64,000 nucleotides of DNA from positions 11,038,088 to 11,102,087 of the forward strand of contig NC_134031.1 of NCBI RefSeq assembly GCF_964204645.1. The letters are read 5' to 3'. The stretch comes from Tubulanus polymorphus (lineage: Eukaryota; Animalia; Nemertea). Both the position numbers and the translations under genes were made by a program. Every line of letters begins with the position of its first letter. Position 1 is the first letter of the stretch. The notes below the pieces were generated by a model. That model searched no databases and was not told the origin of the DNA. It saw only the letters and a program-made list of their open reading frames with translations. Below are positions 45,985 to 59,407 of the stretch, piece after piece.

Positions 45985-46548
45985 TATTGTAGTGTAGATT
46001 CAATCAATAAATTATGAATTGATCTGGTCTGGGTTTCCGGCTGATGTTGATTTTGGCTTTTATGGATTACAAATTCTATAGTGATAAACAATTGATACCT
46101 GCAACATGTGTGTTAATCAAACCTATTCCACTAGTTGCGTGTGTTTCCTAATAAACGGGAGAGTCACCCTTGATCCGAGTTATTAGAAAAATAATGTTCA
46201 TTTAGTTATAGAAATTCATTGCCTTTTTTGAAATTCTGTAATAATATTTGTTCTGTCCTAATTTTTATTACTGTATGAACCAATGATATGCTTTGTAAAT
46301 ATGATGTAATAAAATAAATTTGAATTTGAATTAAATTTGAACATGAGAATCAAGCATAACTTGTGTTTTTTCAACTTGTCTTTTGTTAATAGTTCCAGAG
46401 TTTCAATTACAATCAAATCCAAATTGGCTAAAAAGTACATGGGACTAAATGAAATGAACCGTTAGTTACTGCAAACCTATTCCAGTGTTATGTCGATCGT
46501 GTTGAATCACTTTCCTTGAGTTGAAAGAATCAGATCTTCTATGGTGCA

Positions 46549-47724
46549 ACATCGGTCGAAGAGAGATATCTTGGTGTTGACTGTCCTTGACCATCTAACT
46601 TCATGCGTTTGACATTGGAATCAGCATCATACCCATTTAAACTGCAAAATATTCATACAACATGAAAACCTACAGTACATGTATACAGTAATCAAACTTT
46701 CACCGATGTTGGATATTTGAATGAATGTTGGGCTTATTTCAGTATTCTGAAGCAGGAAATAATAAGCCCAATAAATAGGCCCTATTCCCATTGGAACAAT
46801 TGTATAATGCGTACGCTGTACCGTACACTTATCACTCAAGAATGGAGAAATCGGTAGGCCTATACCAAACCTACGAACGGCAAAGTGTACAGGCCTACAA
46901 TGATTTCTGGTATACAAGCCGTGACCACATTGACTATTAATGTCAGCAGGTCAGAGAAGGCCTGGCCAAATTTAATCACATGGCTCAAATCAATTAGCCT
47001 TTCTGCGTGTGAATACTTCACTGTATTGTGGGATCATTCATTTATTACGTACGCATTAAGGGAGGGGGAGGGGTCAGGGCAATTACGTACCGTAATGCTT
47101 AATGTACATGAAAAAATGGCAGATTTTGCGTACAGAGGGGGAGGGGGGGGGTGAAATAATCAAATTTGAAGCGTATGTAATAAATGAATATTCCTGTTTT
47201 AAAAATAGGCCTATCGAGTGGATTAGTACAAAGACTGAATTAGACTTTAGATTAGTCCTGGCCAAATCCTATCCATGTTATAATTGCACCAGTTATAGTA
47301 ACATCATTGTAGGAGGATGACCGCCGACGAGAGGGAAAAAGTTGTGTTTGTAGTACATAGGCATGGTAGGCTTGTCGTACTCACATAATACCCGGTACTT
47401 AAAACGCTGTTGTTACCTGTACGTGACTGTACGGTGATTTCTACAGGTTAGCCGTAAGTGAGTATGTTGACGCTCAGACTTGCAATATTGGGATTCGTAA
47501 CCAAACGAAAAAAAAATCCAGTTGTAGTCCAGTGATTTACCCACTGTGCCAAAGAACGTAACTGCAGGGTGGATGAAATTTGATTTACAAATAGCCTAGC
47601 CTCACCCAACCCAAACTCTATTCTTTCACGCATGCACGTTTGCAGATTATAGGAACTCACTTATGGCCTTTTTAGGGAACTCACGTACGGTTAACCTGTG
47701 CATATCACCGTACAGTCACTGGCA
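46549..47724. repeat. ~1.17-kb segment duplicated in inverted orientation at 60539-61712
   Basis: Near-identical reverse complement; mirrored spurious ORFs. Confidence 0.9.
47030..47194. mobile_element. small MITE
   Basis: Imperfect TIR GGGATCATTCATTTATTACGTACGC / GCGTATGTAATAAATGAATATTCC. Confidence 0.6.
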
Positions 47725-47880
47725 CGTACGGGTAACAACTTCGTACTTAAAAAATGGTATTGGCTACTAGAGGAACTCACGTAGGGTAGGCGTTAGTAGG
47801 GAACTCACGTACGGTTAACCTGTGGAGATCACCATACAGTCACGTACGAATAACAACTACGTACTTACTGGTATTGGCTA
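47405..47880. repeat. direct and inverted repeats of GAACTCACGTACGGTTAACCTGT...CACCGTACAGTCAC
   Basis: Units at ~47677 and ~47800, inverted at ~47415-47465. Confidence 0.65.
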
Positions 47881-49389
47881 CTATATAATAGGCCTATATA
47901 TAGACAAATAAATACCCGTACTGCGGCGCGGTAGGCTTTCTTAGCTTCCACACTTCACAACCGAACCAACTGACCAACTGAACCAGTATATTTATTCCCA
48001 GTACGCACCAACCGGTACAGACCTAATTGTTTGTCAACTGTGTGTACCGTAGTAGTGTGTGTACCGTAGTCAACTGTGTGTACCTATCGATAATCACCTG
48101 ATACTTTTCTGTCGTTTGTTTTCTCTCTGAGACGAACGTGATTCTCGCAGCCCTCCGCGACTCAACGACCTTGATTTAAACTTGATCAATTCAAAATCTG
48201 TTTATTGACGCTTTTTGTTACATGAACTGATCAGCAATATACTTAAATGAAACAACCGGAATAACAAGAAATCAAAAATATTAAAGAGGTAACAAACAAA
48301 TGCCCGTAAACCTGTCAGACACGCGAACGCCGGACTCGTAAACTCTTGGACTCGGACCCGCTGAGCAATAAATTCATAAAATTGATTTTGAAATTGATTG
48401 TGGAGAAGAGAGGGAATAATTCGACAGCTCTTCCTCATAAAGAAGAGAGAAATTTCGGAAAGAAAACACAACATGGCTAATATGTAATAGATGAAATCTA
48501 AGTGACGGACGCCTCGTCACAGCCTGATTCAATTTTTCATAGTAAGAAATGATAGCGATTGGGGAAAACAACCTCAAGTACGGGGTAACGAAGTCGAAAA
48601 CACTTAAAATATTGTCAGTGACAAGGAGCACACTTAAATGTTGTTAATGAAACTGGAAAGAGAATCAACTCCAATATTCCATATTGAAATTGTACTCTGT
48701 AGTTGAACCCAAAGCAATGAATTAATGAAGAAATTAAATCAACTTAGTCAAAACTTGGAAAATTTAAAATTAATGCTCGAGTTAAGGGGTGGGAAGAAAG
48801 AAGATGAAACTGTAACTATGTAACTGTAAGTTTTGATTCATTTCTGAAATTTGGGCTTGATATATTATAAGCCCAAATTTCAGAAATGAATCAAACCTCA
48901 TAATTCTTTAATCTTATATTATAAGATCAAATGAAATTTAATATTTTAATTTTTGCGAGAAAAAAACTTGAAAAATTTCTTATAAATCAGGTCTCGGTAC
49001 CACTGTCTGCTAAAAAGATTATTCTTTCGATTTAGATAAAGTGTCATTTTTTAATGGTTTAAAACTCTTTATGAAACCATAATGTAACCAATGACATTTC
49101 TATGGTGGGAACTGAGAGGGGTTTTTGCAATATTGAAGAATTTTGACCTGGTAGTTAATTTAGAAATTAGCTCCATTGGGAAATAAAAGGAAGATGAGAG
49201 AAGATGACAACTTATTTCTTAATTACCTTCAAAAAGAAAAAAAATCGAATACGCGATGAAACGCACAAATCGGAAAATTATTTTCTGCTAGAAAAAAACT
49301 CGAATTAGCAGGAAATGCGAATGTCAGTACAAAAATTGATTTCTCTTGCGAAAAATATACATTATACAGTTATTGTTTTTGTAATACTT

Positions 49390-51225
49390 TTTTTAAATTA
49401 GGATTTAGAATATCTCACTACTTTTGTCTATATATTAGGAGCAGTTAATATAACTGTCCAGATAAGTCATTTCGGATTCTCGATATTACATCCTGAAGCT
49501 GAAAAGTAATTTAACGAAAACACTGGGTAGAATGACTTATTCATAAACACAGTTATATATTTATTCTGAAAACTGCAACATTCAAACATAGAACCGTAAC
49601 TAATAAAAACAGAACAGTCGTTTCTATAAACAACGATCGAAGATAGAATAATTGAGAACAATAGAAAAGCGTTCTGATCGGACCGCTTATTGCGTAATAC
49701 ACAGTTAACAGTAACCAATCAATACAGAACAGCTGCCACCATCAACAACGACCGAACGACGAATGTGCGCGCAACTGCAATTACGGCATATATGATGAAA
49801 CATGATGAAACAGCTTCAGTCTCTTGAGATTAAATATCCATAATTTCTGATTTCACATCCATCCATCTTCACTTTCTTGGTTCAATGGTCTTCATTTTGT
49901 TATATAAAAGATATCTAGCGTAGAACATAATTAACTTGAAGTTGAACCAGGTTTATGCTTAAATTTAACACGAGTCAAAACATAGCTTGTGAGTTTGGGA
50001 AATATCTCGTATCTCACTTTATTACAGCTCGGAGTATTCCAAACTCACAGAGCTGTTGTTAAATATATATTAATACAAATAACCCCTTTCGGATGTCTTA
50101 TACTCACAGCGTTGTTGTTAAATATACTGCATTTAAATATATTAAAAGGTTTTATATTTACAGTAACCCCTTTCTCTACTTCATAACAACAAAAACAGTA
50201 CTTACATATAGATTTAGAACTGTAATCTGTAAACTCCTAATTGTGTTTCGAGAGAGAATATCCTATGCGTCCTGTATATTCCGTCTGTTCAGTAAGGGTG
50301 CGGCGTTCCAGAACGATCTGCGCCTTCGGTAATTCACTATGACTCAATACATCCAGGGTAACAGCTGTTCTTTTATAGGCTTGATGAGATTAATTAATTC
50401 TTTACAATTGAAATGTAAGCTGGTAACAGGTGTTTACCAAACTAGAGCTTATACAACCTGCTATATAGCTGGGTATTATCGGGCGTTTATAAAGATTCAA
50501 CGTATATTTCGTTCTGTGGAAGACTATTCCATAATTCAACAAATTTCTTTGCTTTATCTAATTGCTCGAAATATAACTGTAAATCAATTTCATTTCCTTT
50601 CCTAATATTTTCCATCTTTTCAAGAGGTCTCAGGTTTTTCCAATTCCAGATTAGCTTTTGATTGTATTCATCATTCATATCAAATTTCGATATTGGTAAC
50701 ACGTGATCGATATGAAAGTATTCACCATAATTATTCATATTCATTTATCATCGAATTGTTATACAATCCATGATTTTAAGAATTCATCTGTACAACCCAA
50801 TAAATTAGATAGTGTAACTGAATGCGCTTCTTTACTGAATAATTTTGTCAATCTAGAACTTAAGCATTGTTTCATTTTAAAATTAAAATCTGTTTGATAT
50901 CTTTCTTTATGATATTCATTAAAATGTTCACGATTATCATCCCTCCATTCTCTCATATATTCGGGGTGATTTTCTCTCCTTTCCTTTTGATAATCTGTGT
51001 TATTTGCTCGGTATTGCTTATTCATTTCCTTAACACAAGTTCTACAATAACTTTGCTTACCATCTTTCAGAGTTTTATAATTATAATATTCCGAGAGTTG
51101 TTTATACAATTCACATTTTGAACATTTCTTGTAGTAAATATTTATAACCCCAGTATTATTTGTAATATCGTTGGTTTGTGGTTGTTCTGACGGACAGTAG
51201 TACTTCTTATTTGCTTCCATTTTAA
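49390..51225 (-). mobile_element. Polinton right-end fragment (HNH gene and adjacent non-coding DNA), TIR truncated
   Basis: 49390-49750 homologous to 27865-28350; HNH homolog. Confidence 0.8.
50487..51220 (-). pseudogene. HNH-like endonuclease with TIR-type MEANK..YYCP N-terminus; internal stop at 50759
   Basis: Two in-frame pieces; FHIDHVLP motif. Confidence 0.8.
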
Positions 51226-51235
51226 TATCATATGT

Positions 51236-51900
51236 TTTATGATATCCCCGCTCCGTGAGAAATGGAAAACGACGAGCTTTGTTTGAAGCAAAATAAACAA
51301 GACATGTAGTTGATTGATAAAGGTCATTTATTAGTATAAATGACTGGTGAAACTAAGTTTATTACAAAATTGTTGCAAATTGAAACATACATGTATATAT
51401 TTTGCGAAAAGTTTGGCAAAAAAATCGCCAAATAATTAATCATATGATGTGACAACATTCAACAATAAGTACACCCAATACGAATGTATACAAATTTTCA
51501 CATAAGAAAAGGGGAGGGAATTGAGGGTGGGATATTGAATTGAAGTCAGTGAAAATAACGAAGTATCCTACTCTTGTTTTTCCGAGGGAATGCTTAGCCA
51601 CGTTGTCAGGAGGGGCGGAGGCAAAGAGTAACTGACAACTGATAAGTAACACGTGAGTCCGCGTGATCTCACAAAACATTTTATTCTCTACAAAAATAAA
51701 ACTCATTTATGATATCCCCGCTCCGTGAGAAATGGAAAACGACAAGCTTTGTTTGAAGCAAAATAAACAAGACATGTAGTTGATTGATAAAGGTCATTTA
51801 TTAGGATAAAAGACTGGTGAAACTAAGTTTATTACAAAATTGTTGCAAATTAAAACATACATGTATATATTCTGCGAAAAGTTTGGCCAGAAAATCGCCA
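51236..51900. repeat. ~195-bp direct repeat (51236-51430 and 51706-51900)
   Basis: TTTATGATATCCCCGCTCCGTGAGAAATGG...AAAATCGCCA occurs twice. Confidence 0.85.
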
Positions 51901-51989
51901 CAAGATGTTTGAAACAAACATCCAGGCCAAACCGGGGTCGTTTCCATATCTCAAGAGAGGGGTGAGTCTGTAACATAGATATACGAGGC

Positions 51990-52810
51990 AGACGAAATCT
52001 GGCCCTCTTACGAATGATACGTGTAATTGAGTTTTAGTATTGGATGGTGAAGCAGACAACATCTGGCCCTCAACCAAACATTATGATCAAGCATATATTA
52101 TGAACCGTATTTGAGTAAGACGTTATGATACGATTTTGAATAACCCGTGGAGGCAGGGAAATATTCTGGCTCTCCAAAAAACGTATGAATTCAAATTGAA
52201 AATAATACCATTCGTTAAAATTAAAAGCACAAGATTGTCATATATAAGATATAAACTAACATATACTAGGGTTATGTACATATAAGTGTACATACGTAGT
52301 TAAGTACATACGTGCACAGGGAGGCACACTAACATCTGGGCCTCCTCAAAGCTATCAAATTACTTTGGAAAATCATTATTTAATACAAAAACAAGGTAAC
52401 GACGTGATGCAGACAAAATCTGGCCCTCACAATTAAAGTTTTAGCATTTAAAATTGCGTCAATGCGTCATTAGTGTTGTCTCGTCCCGGCCGGACTGATT
52501 CTAATGTATCGTTTGAAAGCGTCTGACTTCCATCGTCCTAACTCTCGAATGACTGGTTCGGGGACCCCGTTCGTTGCGGCATTGGTTGCGGCGCCAATCC
52601 GAAAGCTATGCGATGTGTAGAGCTCTGGCCACTGGCAGGCCGAGAAATGCCAAAAAAACATACGATACAGCTGCACCATCTCGAAATTGAAAAAATGGAC
52701 CGGACGTATGCTTGGTCACATGGAGGTAATGAGATTGTGACCGGACAAATGGATGGGTTTGAATGCTTTGGCAACAGCAATGGTTTTGGTATCAAATCAC
52801 TATGCTTGTA
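51990..52810 (-). mobile_element. DIRS/Ngaro tyrosine-recombinase retroelement 3' fragment
   Basis: SHSFRIGAAT...IRELGRWKSDAFKRYIR (H-x-x-R, W, Y) at 52470-52640; repeated ATCTGGCCCTC motifs downstream. Confidence 0.75.
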
Positions 52811-53153
52811 GTCCGTAGTAATTAGGAAATCGCGTTTTCATACCAGAGGTCGAGAGGTCGAGACACCACTCATCACAGCTAGGCTCTAGTGAGAACGGAC
52901 GATTGCTCTGTGATACACATATACAGTGAGTGCGCGTAACAACAACTGCGCGTGGATAGATCGATACAGTGAGTCGCTACTGAGAACGGTTATTAACGCG
53001 TGTGCTATTACTGTAGTACAGTGATTGCGTGTCAACTGTGCCCGGATGAATAGATGCTGTGAGGCTTGGGTGAGAACGGTTAATAGCGTCCTTGTTATAT
53101 ACAATGGGAAGTAATCCCCACTCATCACCACATGTAATTTGTTTTCCGTATAA

Positions 53154-53480
53154 ATGGGAGATAGAAAAGCATTCTTAGCAACAATAAATAACAGAATAAA
53201 ACCAGCAAAAAAACAATTTGAAATAAAAAAGTTAGTTGATGTTACAAAAGAAATTGAACATAAAATATTGAAATTAGAAAAGATAAAAACTAAATATGGA
53301 GAGAAAGTATCAGCTAATTTAAGCTACTGCAATGTTAGTACATCGCGAGAATTTAAAGTATTTTTACCTGTTAAATGGGTTTCATTGAGTACAGAGGAAT
53401 TAAAAGATTTAGAAGGATTTAAAATAATCTATCATGGAAAAAATGAAGATGGCCATCATGATTTAGAAATTGTTGATTAA
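53154..53480 (+). CDS. small Polinton protein, divergent homolog of 16727-17068
   Basis: TAAATG start; KYG, FKVFLP and YHGKNEDGHHDLEI motifs. Confidence 0.75.
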   Translation: MGDRKAFLATINNRIKPAKKQFEIKKLVDVTKEIEHKILKLEKIKTKYGEKVSANLSYCNVSTSREFKVFLPVKWVSLSTEELKDLEGFKIIYHGKNEDGHHDLEIVD

Positions 53481-53609
53481 ATTTTTGAAATTAATAGAAA
53501 TAATGAATATCTAGAATGCGAAATGACTTATCTGGACAATTTAATTGCTCCGCATAGATAGACAAAAGTAGTGAGATATTCAATTAGTTAAAAAAATTAT
53601 TTTTTTGCT

Positions 53610-53977
53610 TTTTTTCTAAAATATTAAACCATTTTTTTTATTATCAATTTTGGAATTTCAGAAGTATTTTCATTTTTGATAGCAGTTGTTTCAGAATTAT
53701 TAATATCATGAATTTTATTTGATTTCTTATACCAATTACACCCAATCAAAATGAATACAATTACAAATCCAACTGTAAAATATAGACATTTATCAAATAT
53801 TCTATTATTAGAAGGAGTAGAAATAACAATATTTTCACCATTTTTATTAACATTTTTATTACTTATTTTTTCTTTTACAGCTTTTTTTTATTCTTGTGAT
53901 TTAATTCCTAATTGCCGAGACCATTCAATTTGTTTCTGTGATCTCGGTTTTTTCTTCACTTCTTCCACCTATCTCAT
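53610..53977 (-). pseudogene. homolog of 26646-27035 (single TM), disrupted; end approximate
   Basis: Contains ..WSRQLG.. and LYFTVGFVIVFILIGC segments. Confidence 0.55.
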
Positions 53978-54509
53978 TTATTATAGAAATATTTTTACTT
54001 TCAATATTTGAAAATGTTATAACCCCAGTTGATAATAATGTCATAAATCCACCTAATTGAAATGATAAATATCCAATCCATTTATTTAATTTAGTCATAA
54101 CTAAATAATCATTTTTTAAATCAGCATATAATCTATTTTCATCTTGAATTGGCAGCATATAATTACATAATTTACTATAACCTTTTACTACATTTTCTGA
54201 TATCGCGTCATTAATTCTAGCTGTTCTCGCGGTTTCATAAATCTTAAATAATCTAATAATTTCATCTGATTTCATTGTATCTAATTCATTATAAGTTAAA
54301 TTTTTACCGATAAAATTTTTACATTTTCCAGATGCTATCAATATTTCTAATTGATCTTTAAGATAATATTCATAATTATTATTTGTTGTAACATTATTTA
54401 AAGCACCATCATCTGGAGTTAATTTTGTTTCTGTTATTCCTAAATCATCTAAAGTTTTTTCAATTGGAACATCACCATTTTTAGATTTTATTTTCTTTTC
54501 ACCACCCAT
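53925..54509 (-). CDS. divergent homolog of 27028-27630
   Basis: IEKTLDDLGI, LKNDYLVMT, LSTGVITFSNI conserved; TAAATG start. Confidence 0.8.
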   Translation of the reverse strand: MGGEKKIKSKNGDVPIEKTLDDLGITETKLTPDDGALNNVTTNNNYEYYLKDQLEILIASGKCKNFIGKNLTYNELDTMKSDEIIRLFKIYETARTARINDAISENVVKGYSKLCNYMLPIQDENRLYADLKNDYLVMTKLNKWIGYLSFQLGGFMTLLSTGVITFSNIESKNISIINEIGGRSEEKTEITETN

Positions 54510-55103
54510 TTATATAACAAACAAATAAGTTGTGTTGTTGCAACTAGAATTCAACTAGAATGTAACTAGAATTCAACTATATTAACAAGCTAGTTGAAAT
54601 ATTGTTGTTTTTATTTATTTCTTGTTGAATTTTATTTGATTTTTGTTCCAACTACCAATAACTAGAATTCAACTAGAATGTAACAAAAAATATACTAGAT
54701 TAACAAGCTAGTTGAATTTAAATAAATTCATATTTAAATGGGTGTTGTAATCTAAATAGTAATTTTGATCTTTTAATATTTTTCAATTTATCCATATATT
54801 CATTATGTAAATGATATGATATGATATGATATGATTTATTTGCATAAAAGATTGTTACAGAGTTTACAAATGAATACACAATATATGGAAAACAATGTAC
54901 CAATAAATTATGCGAGGAATTAGGAGAAGCCAAAGTTGGCTTAATCTAGTCCTAATCCCTCGTCCATACACTCTCACATACACACAGACATATACACCAA
55001 TTCACATTCATTCCTAGTTTACCAAACAAACCAAATATACATAATATACATAGACAATTGCAGATAAAGTAATGTGGCACGTTATAAAAGATTACACAGA
55101 TAA

Positions 55104-58042
55104 TTAATAAGTGGAACGAAGATAACGCTGAAGCTGAATTTTGAAGTTGGATATCGAGTCTAGATATTTTAATTTCTCTGGTAAACTATTCCAGAATTTC
55201 GCTCCTTGAATTTTCATAGATGTATACTTGTATTTAGATTTAGCAAATTCTATTGATAAGGCCATAGGCCTGCGACTAGAACGAAGATTTTGGGTGTTCC
55301 TGAGAATGAAAAAATCTTTGAAAATAGTCCGTAATAAAAGGTTGATACTTAAGAAGGCAAGCGATCCAATTTGATGTCTGTAAATGTCATCCAGTTTAAG
55401 AATTTCTAATTTCCTGAAAATCGGGGATGTATGTTCAAGCCAATCTGAACGAGTGATTATCCGAAGGGCTTTTTTCTGAAGAATGTATAATTAAATGGTT
55501 GCAAATAAATTTTACAGGCATTTCCCCAAATCAGATTGGCATAATGTAGGTGTGAGTGAACGAAACAATAGTAGAGATTTTTTAGAATATCTGAAGGTAA
55601 AATGTACTTTAATCTATTGATTATACCAATTCCACGAGATACTTTTTTACACGTAAAAGATATATGCTCCTTCCAGGTTAAATTGTGATCAAATATAACA
55701 CCTAGAAACTTTGTAGAATCAACACGTTTGATAATTTGGTCATCCAGACGAATGGTGAGTTTAATATGGTCTTTATTACCAAAAATGATATACTGGGTTT
55801 TTCCTACATTTACAGACAATCTATTAGCCCGAAACCATTGCAAGAGATTAGCCAACTCTGAATTCAAGGTGTATTCGACAAATTTTGGATCATGATGGCT
55901 GTAGAAAAAGTTGCTATCATCAGCAAAAAGAATTGACTCTAATGCTTTACAGGAGGAAGATACTAATACTTTACAGTCGTTGATATAAATCAAAAATAAT
56001 AGCGGCCCTAGGATAGAGCCTTGAGGGACACCAGAATTAATGTCGAGAGTTGAGGATAAACAGTTATTGAACTTCACTGCTTGTTTTCTATTAGTTAGAT
56101 AATTTTGGAACCAGAGATATGGTATGCCACGTATACCGTAATGTTCTAATTTTGAATTTAGGATTTTGTGATTAATTGTGTCAAATGCTTTTGATAAGTC
56201 TATGAAAACACCAGCGGTTATTAAACCATTATCTAGAGAGTTTGCTATTTTATCAGTAATGTACGTTAATGCAGAGGAAGTTGAGTACTTTTTTCTAAAA
56301 CCAAACTGCCGGTCATTTAAGATTTTATATTTGTCAAGAAATTTTATCAACCGATTGTAAACAAGTTTTTCCAACACCTTTGAAATTGAAGGTAGAACAG
56401 AAATAGGGCGATAGTTACTAAAAGAAGACTTATCACCCATTTTGTAAATAGGGGTTATGTAAGCGATTTTGAAAATATTGGGAACTATACCTGTGACAAA
56501 GCTACAATTAAAGATATGAGTTAAGGGACTTGAAATAGCGGAAATAATAGATTTGAGTAATTTATTGCTGATATTGTCACATCCACACGATGGTTTACTT
56601 TGTAAGTTAGATACAATTTCCTCGACTTCTGAGGGGTATGTAGGTGAGAGAAAAAAGTTTTCGTCGTTTTTATCGCCAAGATATTGTTTAAAATCGTGAG
56701 TGGAATTTGGAATTTTAGACTCAAGAGATGAAGCAATATTTACAAAATAATCATTGAACTGGTTTGCAATTTCTAGTTCATCAGTAATAACCCTGTTGTT
56801 GTGTAAAAACTCGGAATTACACTTCTTATTTTTGGTCTTATTAAGTAATGAATTGATTATTTTCCAAGTTTCCTTAGGATCATATTGACACGATAAAAAT
56901 TTTTCTTTGTAATAACGTTCTTTACTTTTTCTAAGTAAAGAGTTTAAGAAATTCCTATATTTACAATACTTGGCTTTGCTGTCAATACTTCTTTTACCTA
57001 TATATTTTCTATATAATTTATCCTTAATTTTGATAGACGTTTTGATCCCTGCTGTAATCCATGGTTTATTGTGTTGTTTGGGTGTAATACACTTAACCGG
57101 AAAACATGCTTCATAACACGTATTTACAATATTATAGAATTCGTTACAAGACTTTTCTGGACTATTGCTATTATAAACACACTGCCAATCGCTGGCTAAC
57201 AATGATCGGGAAAATGTTTCGATTGACCTTGGATTAATATCACGGATCTGAATTATAGGGGAATTGGGATTATATTTCTCATTTAAAATATCCATCACAG
57301 CAAAAATCGGGTAATGATCTGTGATATCGTTAAGGAAGACTCCACTTAAAATTTTAGACTCTTGGCTAAAGTTAATTAATATATTATCTATTACCGTAGC
57401 AGATTGCTCAGTAACTCTAGTGGGTAAATTAATAAGCGGTGAAAATGAATTAGAGCTCGCAATATTTATGAAACTCTCATACAAAGAATTTTTTCCAATT
57501 TTGCTAAAGTCAATATTATAGTCACCCATTAATATAACATTCAAATTTTCCTTGTTAACCATATGTGTAAATCTATTGAATTCATTAATAAAGTTTGTTA
57601 AATCAGATTCAGGCGCACGATACAAAACACCAACGATAATCTTTTTTTTTGAATAAGATAATTCAGCAAATATAGATTCACCAATAACTAAATCCTCCCT
57701 GATTTTATATCGAAAAGTATTATTTATTAAGATACCTACACCACCACCCTTTTTATTCGATCTACTTCGAAAAAAACTAGTGTAGTTAGGGATGTGATAC
57801 AAGGATTCATTTGGGATATTCTCGTCTGTCCATGTTTCGGATAATCCAATTACAGAGAATTGATGGTTCAGAGTTTGAAGGTAATCACTGAAGTTATCGA
57901 AGTTCTTCTTGACACTTCGGACGTTAGCATGAAATACACTCAACGGTTTTCCCTCACAAGGTGTTGAAAATTTTAAAGCGAAATTGTTCGCACAATAATA
58001 GTCACAATTAGTACATTCCGGTTCTAATATATATTCCGACAT
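55104..58042 (-). CDS. LINE ORF2: apurinic endonuclease + reverse transcriptase (C-terminus frameshifted near 55480)
   Basis: HANVRS, LSETW, MGDYN, IDNI, TDHYPI; NYRPIS, DLSKAFD, GVPQGSILGP, FADD. Confidence 0.95.
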
Positions 58043-58045
58043 TGT

Positions 58046-59407
58046 TTAACTGACATCAAAATTGGCTTTCTTTGGATCTTTTTCTGTGCTCGGTGGGGTT
58101 TGAGTTATAGATCTCTTCTTACGTTTGTTTGTTGCTGGAGTACTGAAAATCTCAGCCTGGTTGTCAGAGAACAAGATGTCACTGAAGTTCTTAGCGAGGG
58201 CCGACTTTCCAAGTTCATTCAAATGAGTCCCACTTGAGTCACTAACATTGTAGTATCTATCTCTGATAGTTCCTGATGGTTTTAAGATGACATCATTGTT
58301 GATGAACAGAATGTTCTGTCTCGAACAAAACTTATCCATGTATGTATTTACCATACAAGCAGTAGTATTGAAATCTTTCGTATTGTTATTTATACCTTTC
58401 TTAGGGATGACGCTCGAGAAACACACTTTAGCTTTTGCGAACTTTTCGGTAACCTTGGCTAACCCTAATGTAGTGTTAACCTTGATATCATCGGGATCTG
58501 ATTTGTGCCTGTTTATATCATTACTGCCTAAATGTACAACGACCTCGGTTATCGCGGTTAAATCGTTAACTAGGGAGTCAACTTTATCAAGCAACGGATC
58601 TATGTTTTCGAATGTTGCACCAGATTGATAAACAACTAAGCCGTTGTCATTTGGGAATTCTCTCATGTTCGAATCGCCCAAAATCAGTACTTTTTTCGTT
58701 TGTTTATGCTGTTCCTGTTCAGTGACCTCAGGACTCACGGTACTTTCAACGTGGCGAAAACCTGAGTTGATTTCTTTATTGAGTGGGCAGTCGCGTTTTA
58801 TGTGATCGGGTGACTTGCATACATGGCATAGGCGTTCACTCAACCGTTCATTCAACCGTACGGGACAGTTATTTAATCTGTGATCACTGTTCAAACAAAT
58901 TTGACAGATCGAATCGCAGTATATACGAACATTATATACTCCAATCTTAGTGAAATTTGGTACGACCTCTTTGATAGTACGCATCTGTAAATATCTCGTT
59001 CCCGTGAAGATCGAAGTCCCATTTATGAGTCCTCTTTTGATCGAACCGCTAATGTAATCGCCAAATTTCGAAATAAACGCAACTATAGTCCTGTCGTCCA
59101 TTTCGATAGGAGCATCCACGACCTTTACATTGATTACAGATACTCCAACATCAGTAAAACCAACAGTTTGATCTAACACTTGAATGCACGAATCTGACAA
59201 GATGTCCTTTGTCTCAGGATCGACAGTAGTTATTATACAATTTGAGTTCGTCAATTGTATCGATAGAATTTTACTCACATCAATCTTATCTCGAACCGCG
59301 TTTAAAATGTCCAAATGAGATAGTTTTCTCCTCCCGAATTGTCTCAAATCAAATTTCACCGAATTGTCTCTATTTAATCCGTTAGTATCCATGATTAGTT
59401 GAATCAA
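58046..59407 (-). CDS. LINE ORF1: RRM-like region, two CCHC knuckles, SGNH esterase
   Basis: CQICLNSDHRLNNC, CHVCKSPDHIKRDC; ILGDSN, HLGSND, GTHLN. Confidence 0.85.
   Translation of the reverse strand: MIQLIMDTNGLNRDNSVKFDLRQFGRRKLSHLDILNAVRDKIDVSKILSIQLTNSNCIITTVDPETKDILSDSCIQVLDQTVGFTDVGVSVINVKVVDAPIEMDDRTIVAFISKFGDYISGSIKRGLINGTSIFTGTRYLQMRTIKEVVPNFTKIGVYNVRIYCDSICQICLNSDHRLNNCPVRLNERLSERLCHVCKSPDHIKRDCPLNKEINSGFRHVESTVSPEVTEQEQHKQTKKVLILGDSNMREFPNDNGLVVYQSGATFENIDPLLDKVDSLVNDLTAITEVVVHLGSNDINRHKSDPDDIKVNTTLGLAKVTEKFAKAKVCFSSVIPKKGINNNTKDFNTTACMVNTYMDKFCSRQNILFINNDVILKPSGTIRDRYYNVSDSSGTHLNELGKSALAKNFSDILFSDNQAEIFSTPATNKRKKRSITQTPPSTEKDPKKANFDVS

Noticed and set aside
46258-48631. Short ORFs as host exons
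   Set aside because: They lie in MITE or duplicated repeat DNA with no motifs or splice evidence
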